A stretch of 63,415 bases of DNA from positions 1 through 63,415 of the forward strand of contig JBGSSK010000168.1 of assembly GCA_041737095.1 (NCBI GenBank). Direction: 5' to 3'. Source of the DNA: Parvularculaceae bacterium. GTDB lineage: Bacteria > Pseudomonadota > Alphaproteobacteria > Caulobacterales > Parvularculaceae. The notes under the pieces were generated by a model, which worked only from the letters and a program-made list of their open reading frames with translations, was not told the origin of the DNA and did no database searches. Shown here piece after piece: positions 11,086-20,504 of this stretch. Position 1 is the first letter of the stretch; each line of letters opens with the position of its first letter. The translations under genes were made by a program, and so were the position numbers.

Positions 11086-13008
11086 ATGACAATCCGGTTC
11101 GCAAGTTCGCGCATGGCGCTGGCCTGCGTCGTCGCCGTCCTTGCGAGCGCCTGCGGCAAGGCGCGCGAGACCGCCGCGCCGACGACGGATGCCGCGCTTG
11201 AAGAGACTCGCGTCAAATCGACTGACGAATTCGTTGCGCGCGCCGGCGAAGCAATCGATCCCGCGACCCATCCCGGCAACGCGCTGTTCGCAAACAACTG
11301 CGCGACGTGTCACTCGGGCCTTGTGCCGAAAGCGCCGGCGATCGTCTGGCTCGAAATGATGGCGCCGGACGCAATCCTCGGCGCCATGAATGACGGCGTC
11401 ATGCAGCAGCAGTCCGCGCACCTGTCGGAAGAGGACAAGCGGTCGGTTGCGGAATATCTGACGCGCACGTCGCTTGCGTCATACACGCCTCCTGCGCCGC
11501 CGTCGGCCTGCGAAGGTTCAGCCGCCGAGTTTCGCGGATCACCCCCTGTCGCCGTCGGGTGGGGGCATGACACGAACCGCTATATTCCAGCGCCGGTCGC
11601 CGGGATTTCGCGCGACCGGATTCCGGATCTCAAACTGCAATGGGCGTTCGCCTATCCCGCATCGGTGCGCGCTCGATCGCAGCCGACGATCGGATGGAAC
11701 TCGGTTTTTGTCGGCAGCCAGGACGGCACGGTCTACGCGTTCGATCTGGATAGCGGCTGCGTCAAATGGGCATTCCGCGCGTCGGCGGAGGTCAGGACCG
11801 CCATCGTCGCGGATCCGGATAACCACAGGCTCTATTTCGGCGACGTCCTTGGACGGGTCTACGCTGTCGATGCGTTCACCGGCGCTGAACTCTGGCGGCG
11901 CAAGATCGACGATCATCCCAACGCGACGATTACAGGTTCGCCGGCGCTCGGCGGCGGCCGTTTGTATGTCCCTGTTTCGTCCCTTGAGGTGACGTCGGCG
12001 GCTGATCCAGAATACGCGTGCTGCACATTCCGGGGCGCCGTCGCCGCGCTCGATCCGAAAACCGGGGAACAGCTCTGGAAAACCTATACGATCCCGACGG
12101 CGCCGTCCGAATTCGGAAAGACATCAGTCGGAACGCCGATACTCGGCCCCTCGGGCGCGCCGGTCTGGACGACGCCCACTTATGACCCGAAGCGCGACCG
12201 GATATATGTCGGCTCAGGCGAGAATTATTCCTCGCCTGCCGACGAAAACTCCGATGCGGTTTTCGCCATCGATGCGAAGACCGGCGCGAAAATCTGGCGG
12301 CGGCAACTGACCAAAGGCGATGCGTGGAATGTCGGCTGTATGATGGGCAATGAAAATTGTCCGACGGAAAACGGACCCGACGTAGACCTCTCCGCTTCGC
12401 CGTTGCTGATCGGCTTGTCGGGCGGCGAAGACATCATCGTCGTCGGCCAGAAATCAGCGATGACCTACGGGATCGACATCGATGACGGCGAAATTCTGTG
12501 GTCGCAGCGGCTCGGCCATGGCGGCACGCAGGGCGGCGTCCATTTCGGCATGGCCGCCGAGGGGTCAACGGTCTTCGTCCCAATCGTCGACATGACCGAC
12601 ACGCATGACGCACGCGCCTATGACAAGTCGCTCAACGGCGCCGGCGTTCACGCGATCAATGCGGCGGATGGGTCGATCAAATGGCGCGCCTTCGCTGACA
12701 ATCGTTGCGGCGACCGCCAATATTGCGATCCAGGGGTCTCCTCTGCCGCGACGGCCATCGACGGCGCGGTGTTCGCCGGCCATCTCGACGGACGCCTGCA
12801 GGCTTATGATTCGCGGACTGGCTCCGTCATCTGGTCTTATGATACGACGACGCCGGTCATGACGATCAACGGAACTATGGCTTCGGGCGGCTCGATGAGC
12901 GGCCCCGGCGCTGCAATCATGGACGGCCGGCTGGTTCTCAATTCCGGATACGGAATTTATTATCACATGCCGGGAAACCTGTTGATGGTGTTCGCGGCAG
13001 AGAAATAG
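11086..13008 (+). CDS. Quinohaemoprotein dehydrogenase (N-terminal haem c plus PQQ propeller; polyvinyl alcohol dehydrogenase-like), probable lipoprotein
   Basis: Lipobox VLASAC, CATCH haem motif, PQQ repeats (GxxxW), YACCTFRG, GPSGAPVW, GENYS. Confidence 0.85.
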   Translation: MTIRFASSRMALACVVAVLASACGKARETAAPTTDAALEETRVKSTDEFVARAGEAIDPATHPGNALFANNCATCHSGLVPKAPAIVWLEMMAPDAILGAMNDGVMQQQSAHLSEEDKRSVAEYLTRTSLASYTPPAPPSACEGSAAEFRGSPPVAVGWGHDTNRYIPAPVAGISRDRIPDLKLQWAFAYPASVRARSQPTIGWNSVFVGSQDGTVYAFDLDSGCVKWAFRASAEVRTAIVADPDNHRLYFGDVLGRVYAVDAFTGAELWRRKIDDHPNATITGSPALGGGRLYVPVSSLEVTSAADPEYACCTFRGAVAALDPKTGEQLWKTYTIPTAPSEFGKTSVGTPILGPSGAPVWTTPTYDPKRDRIYVGSGENYSSPADENSDAVFAIDAKTGAKIWRRQLTKGDAWNVGCMMGNENCPTENGPDVDLSASPLLIGLSGGEDIIVVGQKSAMTYGIDIDDGEILWSQRLGHGGTQGGVHFGMAAEGSTVFVPIVDMTDTHDARAYDKSLNGAGVHAINAADGSIKWRAFADNRCGDRQYCDPGVSSAATAIDGAVFAGHLDGRLQAYDSRTGSVIWSYDTTTPVMTINGTMASGGSMSGPGAAIMDGRLVLNSGYGIYYHMPGNLLMVFAAEK

Positions 13009-13011
13009 CAA

Positions 13012-13776
13012 TCAGGGCGACAGCCGGACTTCGCCTTTCGCCCAGCGGATCGAACGGCGCAGGATTTCCATGAAGGGAGATATCTCCCACGCGCCCTTTT
13101 CGATCGCCGGGTAATATTCGACCAGCGGCGCCATGTCGTAGTGACTGCGCCGATGCCCGAGAGTGAAATAAACGATTTCACCCAAACCGACCGGCTTTCG
13201 ATATAGAACGGGGTGCGCGACATTGTCCGGCCACTCGCGTTCGACGAACCCGCGCGCCGCGCCTTGCGATGTCGCTTCCAGCAGGATGTCGATCTCGCCG
13301 AAGAGCCGCATATAGTAAAGCTCGTCGCCGCCCTCCACCGTGAAATCGCCGATGCCGTTGACCAGCGGATCATCCGCCTTTCGCATCAGCACCTTATAGG
13401 GTGCAATCGGCGGATGCGCCGCGAACTGGCTGCCGAGCAATTCAACAAACCCTGTCCTATCTTCGGGCGCGAACCAGCGGCCGGATTCGTTCTGCGCCAG
13501 GATCGAATTCGTTCCATGGAGCGCGAGCCACCTGCCGCCCCGTTGAAGAAACGCCGTCAGTGCTGCAACCTCTTGCCGGATCGGAATCACATTGCACGTG
13601 TAGGTGATCAGGAAATCCACGCCGGCGAAGCCATCGCGGCTGGCATAATCCGTCGTAACCGTCGTCCGGATCTCGGGATGCTCTGCCAACAGACCAAGAA
13701 GGACGAGGCGCGCATGATCGATATCATGATAATCGCCGCCGGCGATCATATGTGCCCTGATGGCTTTGTCGGTCAT
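13012..13776 (-). CDS. ThuA-like domain protein
   Basis: AGGDYHD, GGRWLALHG, FAAHPP, DELY, YFTLGH. Confidence 0.78.
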   Translation of the reverse strand: MTDKAIRAHMIAGGDYHDIDHARLVLLGLLAEHPEIRTTVTTDYASRDGFAGVDFLITYTCNVIPIRQEVAALTAFLQRGGRWLALHGTNSILAQNESGRWFAPEDRTGFVELLGSQFAAHPPIAPYKVLMRKADDPLVNGIGDFTVEGGDELYYMRLFGEIDILLEATSQGAARGFVEREWPDNVAHPVLYRKPVGLGEIVYFTLGHRRSHYDMAPLVEYYPAIEKGAWEISPFMEILRRSIRWAKGEVRLSP

Positions 13777-13801
13777 GTACGCCTCTCGCCAGTAGCGGAT
13801 C

Positions 13802-14128
13802 TTACTTGATCGTAACTGTCACGGCATTTCCGAAGGCGTCCTTCGCTTCCCAACTGTCGCCCTTGGCTTTTCCGGGCGAAAGCTGCGTGCAGCCCTTCTC
13901 GCCGGAATCCGTCGTGATACACAGTTCGTCACCATTCATTGACCATTTCCCGCCGCCAGCAACGTCTGTCGTGTAGGTTCCGTCTGCCGAATACTTGGCT
14001 GCAACTGCGGTCCCATCGACGTAAGCGTAGACGACTGCGGCGCCGATCATGGCGTCCATCGTATCATTGGCGACAGCCGAACCCAACATCGCGCCCGCGA
14101 AGGCGATTGACACAATCAGACTTTTCAT
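13802..14128 (-). CDS. Small secreted hypothetical protein
   Basis: Signal peptide MKSLIVSIAFAGAMLGSAVA; GKWS..ELC..GC; GGAGG RBS. Confidence 0.65.
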   Translation of the reverse strand: MKSLIVSIAFAGAMLGSAVANDTMDAMIGAAVVYAYVDGTAVAAKYSADGTYTTDVAGGGKWSMNGDELCITTDSGEKGCTQLSPGKAKGDSWEAKDAFGNAVTVTIK

Positions 14129-14191
14129 TTTGGCTTCCTCCACTTCAACGCTGCACTGCGCAGCGTCTCAAAACAGCTCGCAAGGCGTTCA

Positions 14192-14650
14192 ATGGCTCGT
14201 CCCTATCGCAAATTCGAAGACATCGAGATCGGTGAAAACAGGATTTCGGACGAATTGACCATCGATGCCGGCGACATGATCGCTTTTGCATGCGCCTACG
14301 ATCCGCAGTGGTTTCACGCCGACGCGGCCGAAGCGAAATCGTCCGTCTTTAAAGAGACGGTCGCAAGCGGCATTTACACAGCCGCCCTGTGGCGCAAGCT
14401 CGATCATACGATCAATGGCGATATCGATTTCATTTGCGGCGTCGCCTGGGAGGAAGCGCGCTGGCCGATAGCGGTCCGCGCCGGCGACCGGCTGAGGGCG
14501 ACTTCCGTCGTCCTCGAAAAACGACCATCGAAAAGCGATCCCGCGCGCGGCGTCGTGGTCTTCCGGTACGGGCTTCTCAATCAACATGACAAAGAGGTCT
14601 TTTCCTGTCGAAGCATCAATCTGGTGCGGCGGCGCGGGCTCCCGGATTAA
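14192..14650 (+). CDS. MaoC-like hotdog-fold dehydratase
   Basis: YDPQWFHAD, VASG, VRAGD, LNQHD. Confidence 0.85.
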   Translation: MARPYRKFEDIEIGENRISDELTIDAGDMIAFACAYDPQWFHADAAEAKSSVFKETVASGIYTAALWRKLDHTINGDIDFICGVAWEEARWPIAVRAGDRLRATSVVLEKRPSKSDPARGVVVFRYGLLNQHDKEVFSCRSINLVRRRGLPD

Positions 14651-14951
14651 CGAATATTCTGTCATCTTCGATCCTGACTGCGAAAGTCCTGATCGGCTTG
14701 TCAGTCAGTTGGCCGATGGGCGTGCCGTTCTTCAGATTGAAACGCTGTCCGTGCAACGGGCAAAAAATGTAGCATCCGCGAATCCGGCCGCCTTCGAGCG
14801 CCTGCAACTGGTGGGAGCACTGGTTTTCGACGGCGAAATATCCCTCCTTGGTGTTGCAGACAAGAATTTCAATCTCGCCGAACTTGTACGCCTTCGACTG
14901 GTTATCGCCGATTTCGGAGACTGATCCCGCATCAATGTATTCGCCGGACAT
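14616..14951 (-). CDS. Rieske-type [2Fe-2S] ferredoxin
   Basis: CSH...CPLHG in 111 aa. Confidence 0.9.
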   Translation of the reverse strand: MSGEYIDAGSVSEIGDNQSKAYKFGEIEILVCNTKEGYFAVENQCSHQLQALEGGRIRGCYIFCPLHGQRFNLKNGTPIGQLTDKPIRTFAVRIEDDRIFVNPGARAAAPD

Positions 14952-14960
14952 CGCCTCAAT

Positions 14961-16121
14961 CTACTTCCGCTGATCGAACCGGCGCCCGACCATTGCTGAC
15001 GCTATGTTGACCTTCTGGATATCGATGGCGCCGCCGGCGATGCCCCAGCCCCAGGCATCGCGCAATCGCCGCTCCATGCCGTACTCGCGCGAATAGCCAT
15101 AGGCGCCCATCAATTGAACGGCCGACCCGGTCACTTCGCGCGCGATCTCATTTGCAAAGCATTTTGCGACCGAGGAATCTAGAATGCTCGGGAGGCCATG
15201 CTGGGCGTTGCAGGCGACGCGATGAATGAGGAGTCGCGCCGCTTCAACTTTCATCTGCATTTCCGCGAGCCGCAACTGAACCGCCTGAAATTCGACAATC
15301 GGTTTGCCGAATTGTTGGCGCTCCTGAACATAGGAAAGCACTTCTTCGAGCGCCCCCGACGCCTGGCCGAGCGCCATGGTGGCGTTTCCACAGCGCTCCA
15401 GATCGAAGGCTTCCATCAGCTTCCTGAAGCCGCCCGCCGGGACGACGATGTTATCAAGCGACACTTCCGCATCATCGAAGAAAATGTCGCTTGACGGCAC
15501 GCCTCGGAAACCCATCAGGCTTTCGCGTGGACCGAAACTGACGCCAGCCGCATTCTTTTCAACGTAAACCGCGCCGATGCCGCGCGGGCCCGGATCATCC
15601 GACAGCCGACAATAGACGACGTAGCCGTCCGCATGGCCGCCGCCCGAGCACCAGCGCTTCATACCGTTTATGACGATCTTGTCGTTATGGATGACGGCTC
15701 TTGTCTTCAAATCGGTTAGCGCGGAACCCGCGTCTGGCTCGGACATTGCGATCGCGACGACAAGATCCCCGCTGCAGACCGCCGGAACCACCCGGCGCTT
15801 TAATTCTTCATTGGCGAAGTGCTCAATCGCGCGGACGGGTCCGACGCAGGACTCGAAAATCGGAAATGCAACCGCCGACGAAATCTTGGCGAACTCTTCG
15901 AGAATTAGCAGCGCTTCGATATTGCCAAGTCCCAGCCCGCCAAGCTCGGAGGGAACATTGACGCCGAGGAACCCCATCTCTGCGTAGCGTTTCACAAGTG
16001 CGTGCGACGGAGGTTCCGCGTTTTCCTCACAGGCGCGCGCAACATCGCGCAATTCGCCTTGTGCGAAATTCCGCGCTGCGTCGCGCAGTTCCAATTGCTG
16101 TTCGGTGAGCCTGAAATCCAT
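14961..16121 (-). CDS. Acyl-CoA dehydrogenase
   Basis: MSEPDAGS, NGMKRW, RQQFGKPI, QLMGAYGY; IAGG in place of the usual IYEG. Confidence 0.92.
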   Translation of the reverse strand: MDFRLTEQQLELRDAARNFAQGELRDVARACEENAEPPSHALVKRYAEMGFLGVNVPSELGGLGLGNIEALLILEEFAKISSAVAFPIFESCVGPVRAIEHFANEELKRRVVPAVCSGDLVVAIAMSEPDAGSALTDLKTRAVIHNDKIVINGMKRWCSGGGHADGYVVYCRLSDDPGPRGIGAVYVEKNAAGVSFGPRESLMGFRGVPSSDIFFDDAEVSLDNIVVPAGGFRKLMEAFDLERCGNATMALGQASGALEEVLSYVQERQQFGKPIVEFQAVQLRLAEMQMKVEAARLLIHRVACNAQHGLPSILDSSVAKCFANEIAREVTGSAVQLMGAYGYSREYGMERRLRDAWGWGIAGGAIDIQKVNIASAMVGRRFDQRK

Positions 16122-16193
16122 TGCCCGTCGTCCGCTCGCCCATCGCGCAGGGTAGCGTCACACGCTACCGGGTCGTGCGGCGCTTGCCAATCG

Positions 16194-16215
16194 AAAAACA
16201 ATCATGATTGTTTTT
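16194..16215. promoter_or_regulatory. Putative TetR operator 2 (perfect 22-bp palindrome)
   Basis: AAAAACAATCATGATTGTTTTT between the divergent acyl-CoA dehydrogenase and CoA transferase. Confidence 0.85.
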
Positions 16216-16271
16216 AATGAGCGGCTGGACTATCAGGAACCATCGACCTCGTTTCATGCTAAGGTCATAGG

Positions 16272-17477
16272 ATGACGGAGGAAAGGCTCCTTTCGGGCGT
16301 CCGGGTTCTCGACCTTGGCCGCTATGTCGCCGGCCCCTACTGCGCGACTTTGCTCGGATTCCTAGGCGCTGAAGTGGTCCGTGTCGAACGACGCGAGGGC
16401 GGTGAAGACCGCTATATCGCGCCGTTGTTCGAGAATGCCGACGGTTCACCCGGCGAGGGCGGGCTATTCATGCAGACGGGATGCGGCAAGAAATCGGTGA
16501 CGCTCGACCTCAGTAAGCCGGAAGCGCGCGAGATAATTGCAAGGCTCGTCAAGTCGAGCGACGTCGTCGTCGCCAATCTGCCGCCGAAAGCGCTCGCCAA
16601 GCTCGGCCTGGAGTGGGCGGAATTTTCGAAGTCTAATCCGCGCGGCGTCCTGGTGACCCAGACCTCTTTCGGCGCGCAAGGACCCGATCGCGACAAGGGT
16701 GGTTTCGATGGCGTCGCGCAGGCAATGTCAGGCGCCATGTATCTTTCAGGGACGCCCGACCAGCCAGTCAAAGCGGGCGCTCCCTATGCGGATTTCTCAA
16801 CCGCCGTCTTTTCCGCCATGGGCGCGCTTGCAGCGTTGATGGCCCGCGACAGGACCGGCCGCGGTCAGCACGTCGAAACATCGCTCCTTGGAACCGCCCT
16901 CGCGGTGATGAATGCGCATCTCGCGGAGCAGGCTGTCACCCAAAGAAATCGCAAAGGGACCGGCAATCGCGTCCAGACTTCGGCGCCGTCGGATGTTTTC
17001 GCAACTATCGACGGCCATATCCTCGTCCATACTGTCGGCGACGGGCTGTTCCGCCGGTGGGCCGACCTGATCGGCAAGCCGGAGCTTGCTGACGATCCGC
17101 GGTATCAAGGCGACCAGGCGCGCGGCGATTATCGTGACGAGTTATGCGCGATCATGGCGGCGTGGTGCTTAGAACGCCGAACCGCCGATGCGTTGCGCGC
17201 GCTCGACGCGGCGGGCGTGCCGGCCGGTCCGGTGCTGACGATGCAGCAGGCGATCGACAATCCTCAGGCGGCGGCGATGCGTTTTTTCACGGAGGTTTCC
17301 TTTCCGGGCCTCCCCTGCCCCGCCCCGGTCGGCGGACTGCCAATCAGGTTTTCGGACCTCGACGCCAGCGTCAAAACGCGGCCGCCGCTGCTTGGCGAGC
17401 ACACCGATGAAATATTATCGGCATTGGGGTTCGCCGCCGCCGAGATCGACAGGCTGCGCGCCGACGGCGTTGTCTAG
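16272..17477 (+). CDS. CaiB/BaiF (family III) CoA transferase
   Basis: LSGVRVLDL, AGPY, GAEVVRVE, GKKSVTLDL, PPLLGEH. Confidence 0.93.
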   Translation: MTEERLLSGVRVLDLGRYVAGPYCATLLGFLGAEVVRVERREGGEDRYIAPLFENADGSPGEGGLFMQTGCGKKSVTLDLSKPEAREIIARLVKSSDVVVANLPPKALAKLGLEWAEFSKSNPRGVLVTQTSFGAQGPDRDKGGFDGVAQAMSGAMYLSGTPDQPVKAGAPYADFSTAVFSAMGALAALMARDRTGRGQHVETSLLGTALAVMNAHLAEQAVTQRNRKGTGNRVQTSAPSDVFATIDGHILVHTVGDGLFRRWADLIGKPELADDPRYQGDQARGDYRDELCAIMAAWCLERRTADALRALDAAGVPAGPVLTMQQAIDNPQAAAMRFFTEVSFPGLPCPAPVGGLPIRFSDLDASVKTRPPLLGEHTDEILSALGFAAAEIDRLRADGVV

Positions 17478-18397
17478 TTTGTTTTCGCGCGACCGACGAA
17501 ATAGCCAAGCCGCGGATAATGAACCACGACATGATCAATCAACGCCGCCTGCGGACGGATCGCAACCTCGTCCGCAGCGAGCCGGACGAGTTCGCCTTGC
17601 GCTTCGCCGCGCGACGACGTCAGCGGCATGACCAGAACGTTGTCGCCGGGGTTAAGGCCGAGCGGATCATCCAAATCGACCTCGCTGCACGTCGCGGAGG
17701 CGCTGGAACGCGCCACCTCATGCGCCATCGACGCATCGACTTCGCATCGATCCCCCTCGCCGAGCGCCGCCATGCGCTGCTCCCACGGCGCCAGCGCGGA
17801 GAAATCCGAAAGCAGCTTCTCAACAAACGGAAATCCGGCGCGCGTGAACCAGTTGACGACATAGCACTGGATATCGGCAAGGCCCGGCGCATCGCCGAAA
17901 AGAAAAGCACGTCCGTCCGACAATTGAAGGTCGATGAATCGCGCCGCCGATCTGAGCCGGGCGCACGCATCGGAAAACCGCGCTCCCGCGCTGGAAAAAT
18001 CGATGTCGGGAAAGACTTTGTCGCGGTCGGCGTAGAAGGCCGGATCCCACGCGGCCGAAAATTCCTTGATTGCGATATCAAGGCCCGCGCGGAAATAGGC
18101 GTCGCCGAATTCGCACATCATGTGAGCAGCGCCGCGCCCGCCGGGATAGAGCGTCGGCGTCGGCAGACGCCGCTCGAGTTCCTCGACGATGCGCTGCGAA
18201 TCGACGTAGATATCGGCGCCGATCTGCAGCACCGGCGTGCCGCGATATCCGCCGGTCAGCGCGGTCAATTCCGGCTTCGGCGCGATCATTGGATGAATGA
18301 CCGAGTTCCACCGGACGCCCTTGATCGCCAGCATTTTGATCGCTTTCTGGGAAAACGGCGACGCGTCATAGTGATGGAGAAATAGCTCACTGCTCAT
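17474..18397 (-). CDS. Glutathione S-transferase family protein with C-terminal extension (paralogue of 40716)
   Basis: HHYDASPFSQK, TGGYRGTPVLQIGADIY, C-terminal VHYPRLGY; ATG at 18397 (the longer ORF overlaps the upstream GST). Confidence 0.87.
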   Translation of the reverse strand: MSSELFLHHYDASPFSQKAIKMLAIKGVRWNSVIHPMIAPKPELTALTGGYRGTPVLQIGADIYVDSQRIVEELERRLPTPTLYPGGRGAAHMMCEFGDAYFRAGLDIAIKEFSAAWDPAFYADRDKVFPDIDFSSAGARFSDACARLRSAARFIDLQLSDGRAFLFGDAPGLADIQCYVVNWFTRAGFPFVEKLLSDFSALAPWEQRMAALGEGDRCEVDASMAHEVARSSASATCSEVDLDDPLGLNPGDNVLVMPLTSSRGEAQGELVRLAADEVAIRPQAALIDHVVVHYPRLGYFVGRAKTN

Positions 18398-19091
18398 TGT
18401 GATCGCCTTTCCGCATGCGTTCCTCGACGCTTCGGGCGGTCTGTCCGTAGAGGATCGGATAAGCCTCCTTCGGCGCCATTTTTTCGGCTCCGAGTTCGAG
18501 TGCGCGGCGGACAGCCGGACGATCGGCGATTTCCGCATACCATCGGTCGATATGGCTGAATTCGATGAGATTCTGCCCCTGCCATTCATGATGCCGGATC
18601 CACGGCCAGCAGGCGAAATCGGCGATCGAAATATCGCCGGCGATGAACCGCCGGTCTTCAAGACGGCGATTGAGGACGCCGTAAAGGCGATTCACCTCAT
18701 CCGTATACCGCTTGACGGCGTAGGCTGGCTTTTCCGGAGCAAATTTGCGGAAATGATGCGCCTGTCCAGCCATCGGACCAAGCGCCGACATTTGCCAATA
18801 AAGCCAACTCTTGATTTCCCAGCGCTTCGCCTCCGGCATGAACCTGCCTGATTGCTCCGCGAGATATTCGAGAAGGGCGCCGGATTCGAAAAGCGCGAAC
18901 GCCCCGCCCGGCGCCGCGTCGTCGACAAGCGCCGGGATCTTGCTGTTCGGGCTGATTTTCACGAATGCCGGCTCGAACTGCGCGCCGGTCAGGATATCGA
19001 CATAGTGAAAAACGCAAGGAAGGCCGCATTCCTCGACCATGATCGAGGCCTTCAGTCCGTTCGGCGACGGAAAGCTATAAAGATGAAGCAT
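18387..19091 (-). CDS. Nu-class GST (YfcG/YghU-like)
   Basis: SPNG, SPNSKIPAL, FESGA, WQMSALGPMAGQAHHF, SIADFACWPW. Confidence 0.9.
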   Translation of the reverse strand: MLHLYSFPSPNGLKASIMVEECGLPCVFHYVDILTGAQFEPAFVKISPNSKIPALVDDAAPGGAFALFESGALLEYLAEQSGRFMPEAKRWEIKSWLYWQMSALGPMAGQAHHFRKFAPEKPAYAVKRYTDEVNRLYGVLNRRLEDRRFIAGDISIADFACWPWIRHHEWQGQNLIEFSHIDRWYAEIADRPAVRRALELGAEKMAPKEAYPILYGQTARSVEERMRKGDHNEQ

Positions 19092-19161
19092 ATCAATATA
19101 TTGTCATGGATCTTGAGGAGCCCGGTCGACGCCGATGACAAGCTTAGTGGTGATCCAATTT

Positions 19162-19183
19162 AAAAACAATCATGACTGTTTTT
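19162..19183. promoter_or_regulatory. Putative TetR operator 3
   Basis: AAAAACAATCATGACTGTTTTT (1 mismatch) between the divergent GST and Rieske genes. Confidence 0.85.
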
Positions 19184-19250
19184 CTTTTTTTCCTGGACCC
19201 TTTATGCTAAGGTCAGGCTAATCACGGAAATCCGACTGAGGGGTGACGCG

Positions 19251-20486
19251 ATGGACGCCCAATCTACGAACCGCATCAAATCGGGCATGGCCTATGAGAA
19301 GGCGCGCACCGATCCGCCGGAAGGGTTTCCGCCCCTCCCCCCAATCCCGAGCGCGCGCTATATCGACCCGGATTTCAATGCGCTGGAGACCGCGCATCTC
19401 TGGAAGAAAAGCTGGGTCTACGCCGCGCATCTCGATGAGATACCAGAGGTCGGAAACTATGTGCTGTGGAAGCGGCTCGGCTCGCCAATCCTGATCGTTC
19501 GCGGCAAGGACGGGACACCGCGCGCCTTCTACAACACCTGCCGGCATCGCGGCGGCCCGCTCGTCAAGGATGAAGCTGGCAAAAGAAACATTTTTGTCTG
19601 CGGCTATCATGGCTGGAGCTATGACCATGACGGCAATTTGATCGGCATTCGCGATCCGCGGGATTTTCCGGATTTCGACAAGTCCTGCTACGGACTGATT
19701 TCCGTTCGCTGCGAAACCTTCGGCAATTGGGTGTTCATCAATTGCGACAAGGACGCAGAATCATTGCGCGAATACCTCGGTCCGGTCGCCGACCAGATGG
19801 CGGAATTCCAGCCGCAAAAACTCCGTCTTGCGCACAAGGCTAGCTACGAAATCAACTGCAATGTGAAAGTGCTCCTCGACGCCTTTCTCGAAACCTATCA
19901 TTTGAAGTCAATCCACATGCAAACCGTCGACCGCTTCCTCGATCATACGGGAACGACCATCGAATTGTGGCCTGGCGGGCATTCGAGGATGACGACGCCT
20001 AACCGGCGCCCTGAATGGAAGGACCCCGGCGTCGCTGGGCTCGCCGAAATCGATACCGTCGGCGAAATCGCTCGCGACAACAATGTTTCCTATAATATCT
20101 ATCCGAACATTGTCTGTCCGCCGGCCCCGACGGGATTGCCGTTCATCGTGTTCTGGCCGAGGTCGATCAATACGATGATACTTGATTGCATCTGGTTTTC
20201 GCCGGATTGGGGCGGCGGGCCGCTGCCGGAAATCTGGGAAAAGCGAATCGCGAATTTTGAGCGCATTCTCGAAGAAGATACGCAGTTCGCGCCGCAGATT
20301 CAGGAATCGCTCGAGTCTGACGGCTTCAAGGGCATTCCGCTCTCCTATCAGGAGCGCCGCATCTACCATTGGCATGAGGAGCTTGATCGACGGATCGGCG
20401 CGCAATTGGTGCCTAAGCATGCACGCGTCACGCCGATGCTGGAGCCGTTCATCGAACGGTCGAGCGTCGCCGATGCGGCCGAGTAG
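19251..20486 (+). CDS. Rieske non-haem iron oxygenase alpha subunit 1
   Basis: CRH..CGYH Rieske motif; ETYH...IH and EED mononuclear Fe ligands. Confidence 0.92.
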   Translation: MDAQSTNRIKSGMAYEKARTDPPEGFPPLPPIPSARYIDPDFNALETAHLWKKSWVYAAHLDEIPEVGNYVLWKRLGSPILIVRGKDGTPRAFYNTCRHRGGPLVKDEAGKRNIFVCGYHGWSYDHDGNLIGIRDPRDFPDFDKSCYGLISVRCETFGNWVFINCDKDAESLREYLGPVADQMAEFQPQKLRLAHKASYEINCNVKVLLDAFLETYHLKSIHMQTVDRFLDHTGTTIELWPGGHSRMTTPNRRPEWKDPGVAGLAEIDTVGEIARDNNVSYNIYPNIVCPPAPTGLPFIVFWPRSINTMILDCIWFSPDWGGGPLPEIWEKRIANFERILEEDTQFAPQIQESLESDGFKGIPLSYQERRIYHWHEELDRRIGAQLVPKHARVTPMLEPFIERSSVADAAE

Positions 20487-20504
20487 AATTGAAAGCATGG
20501 CGTA

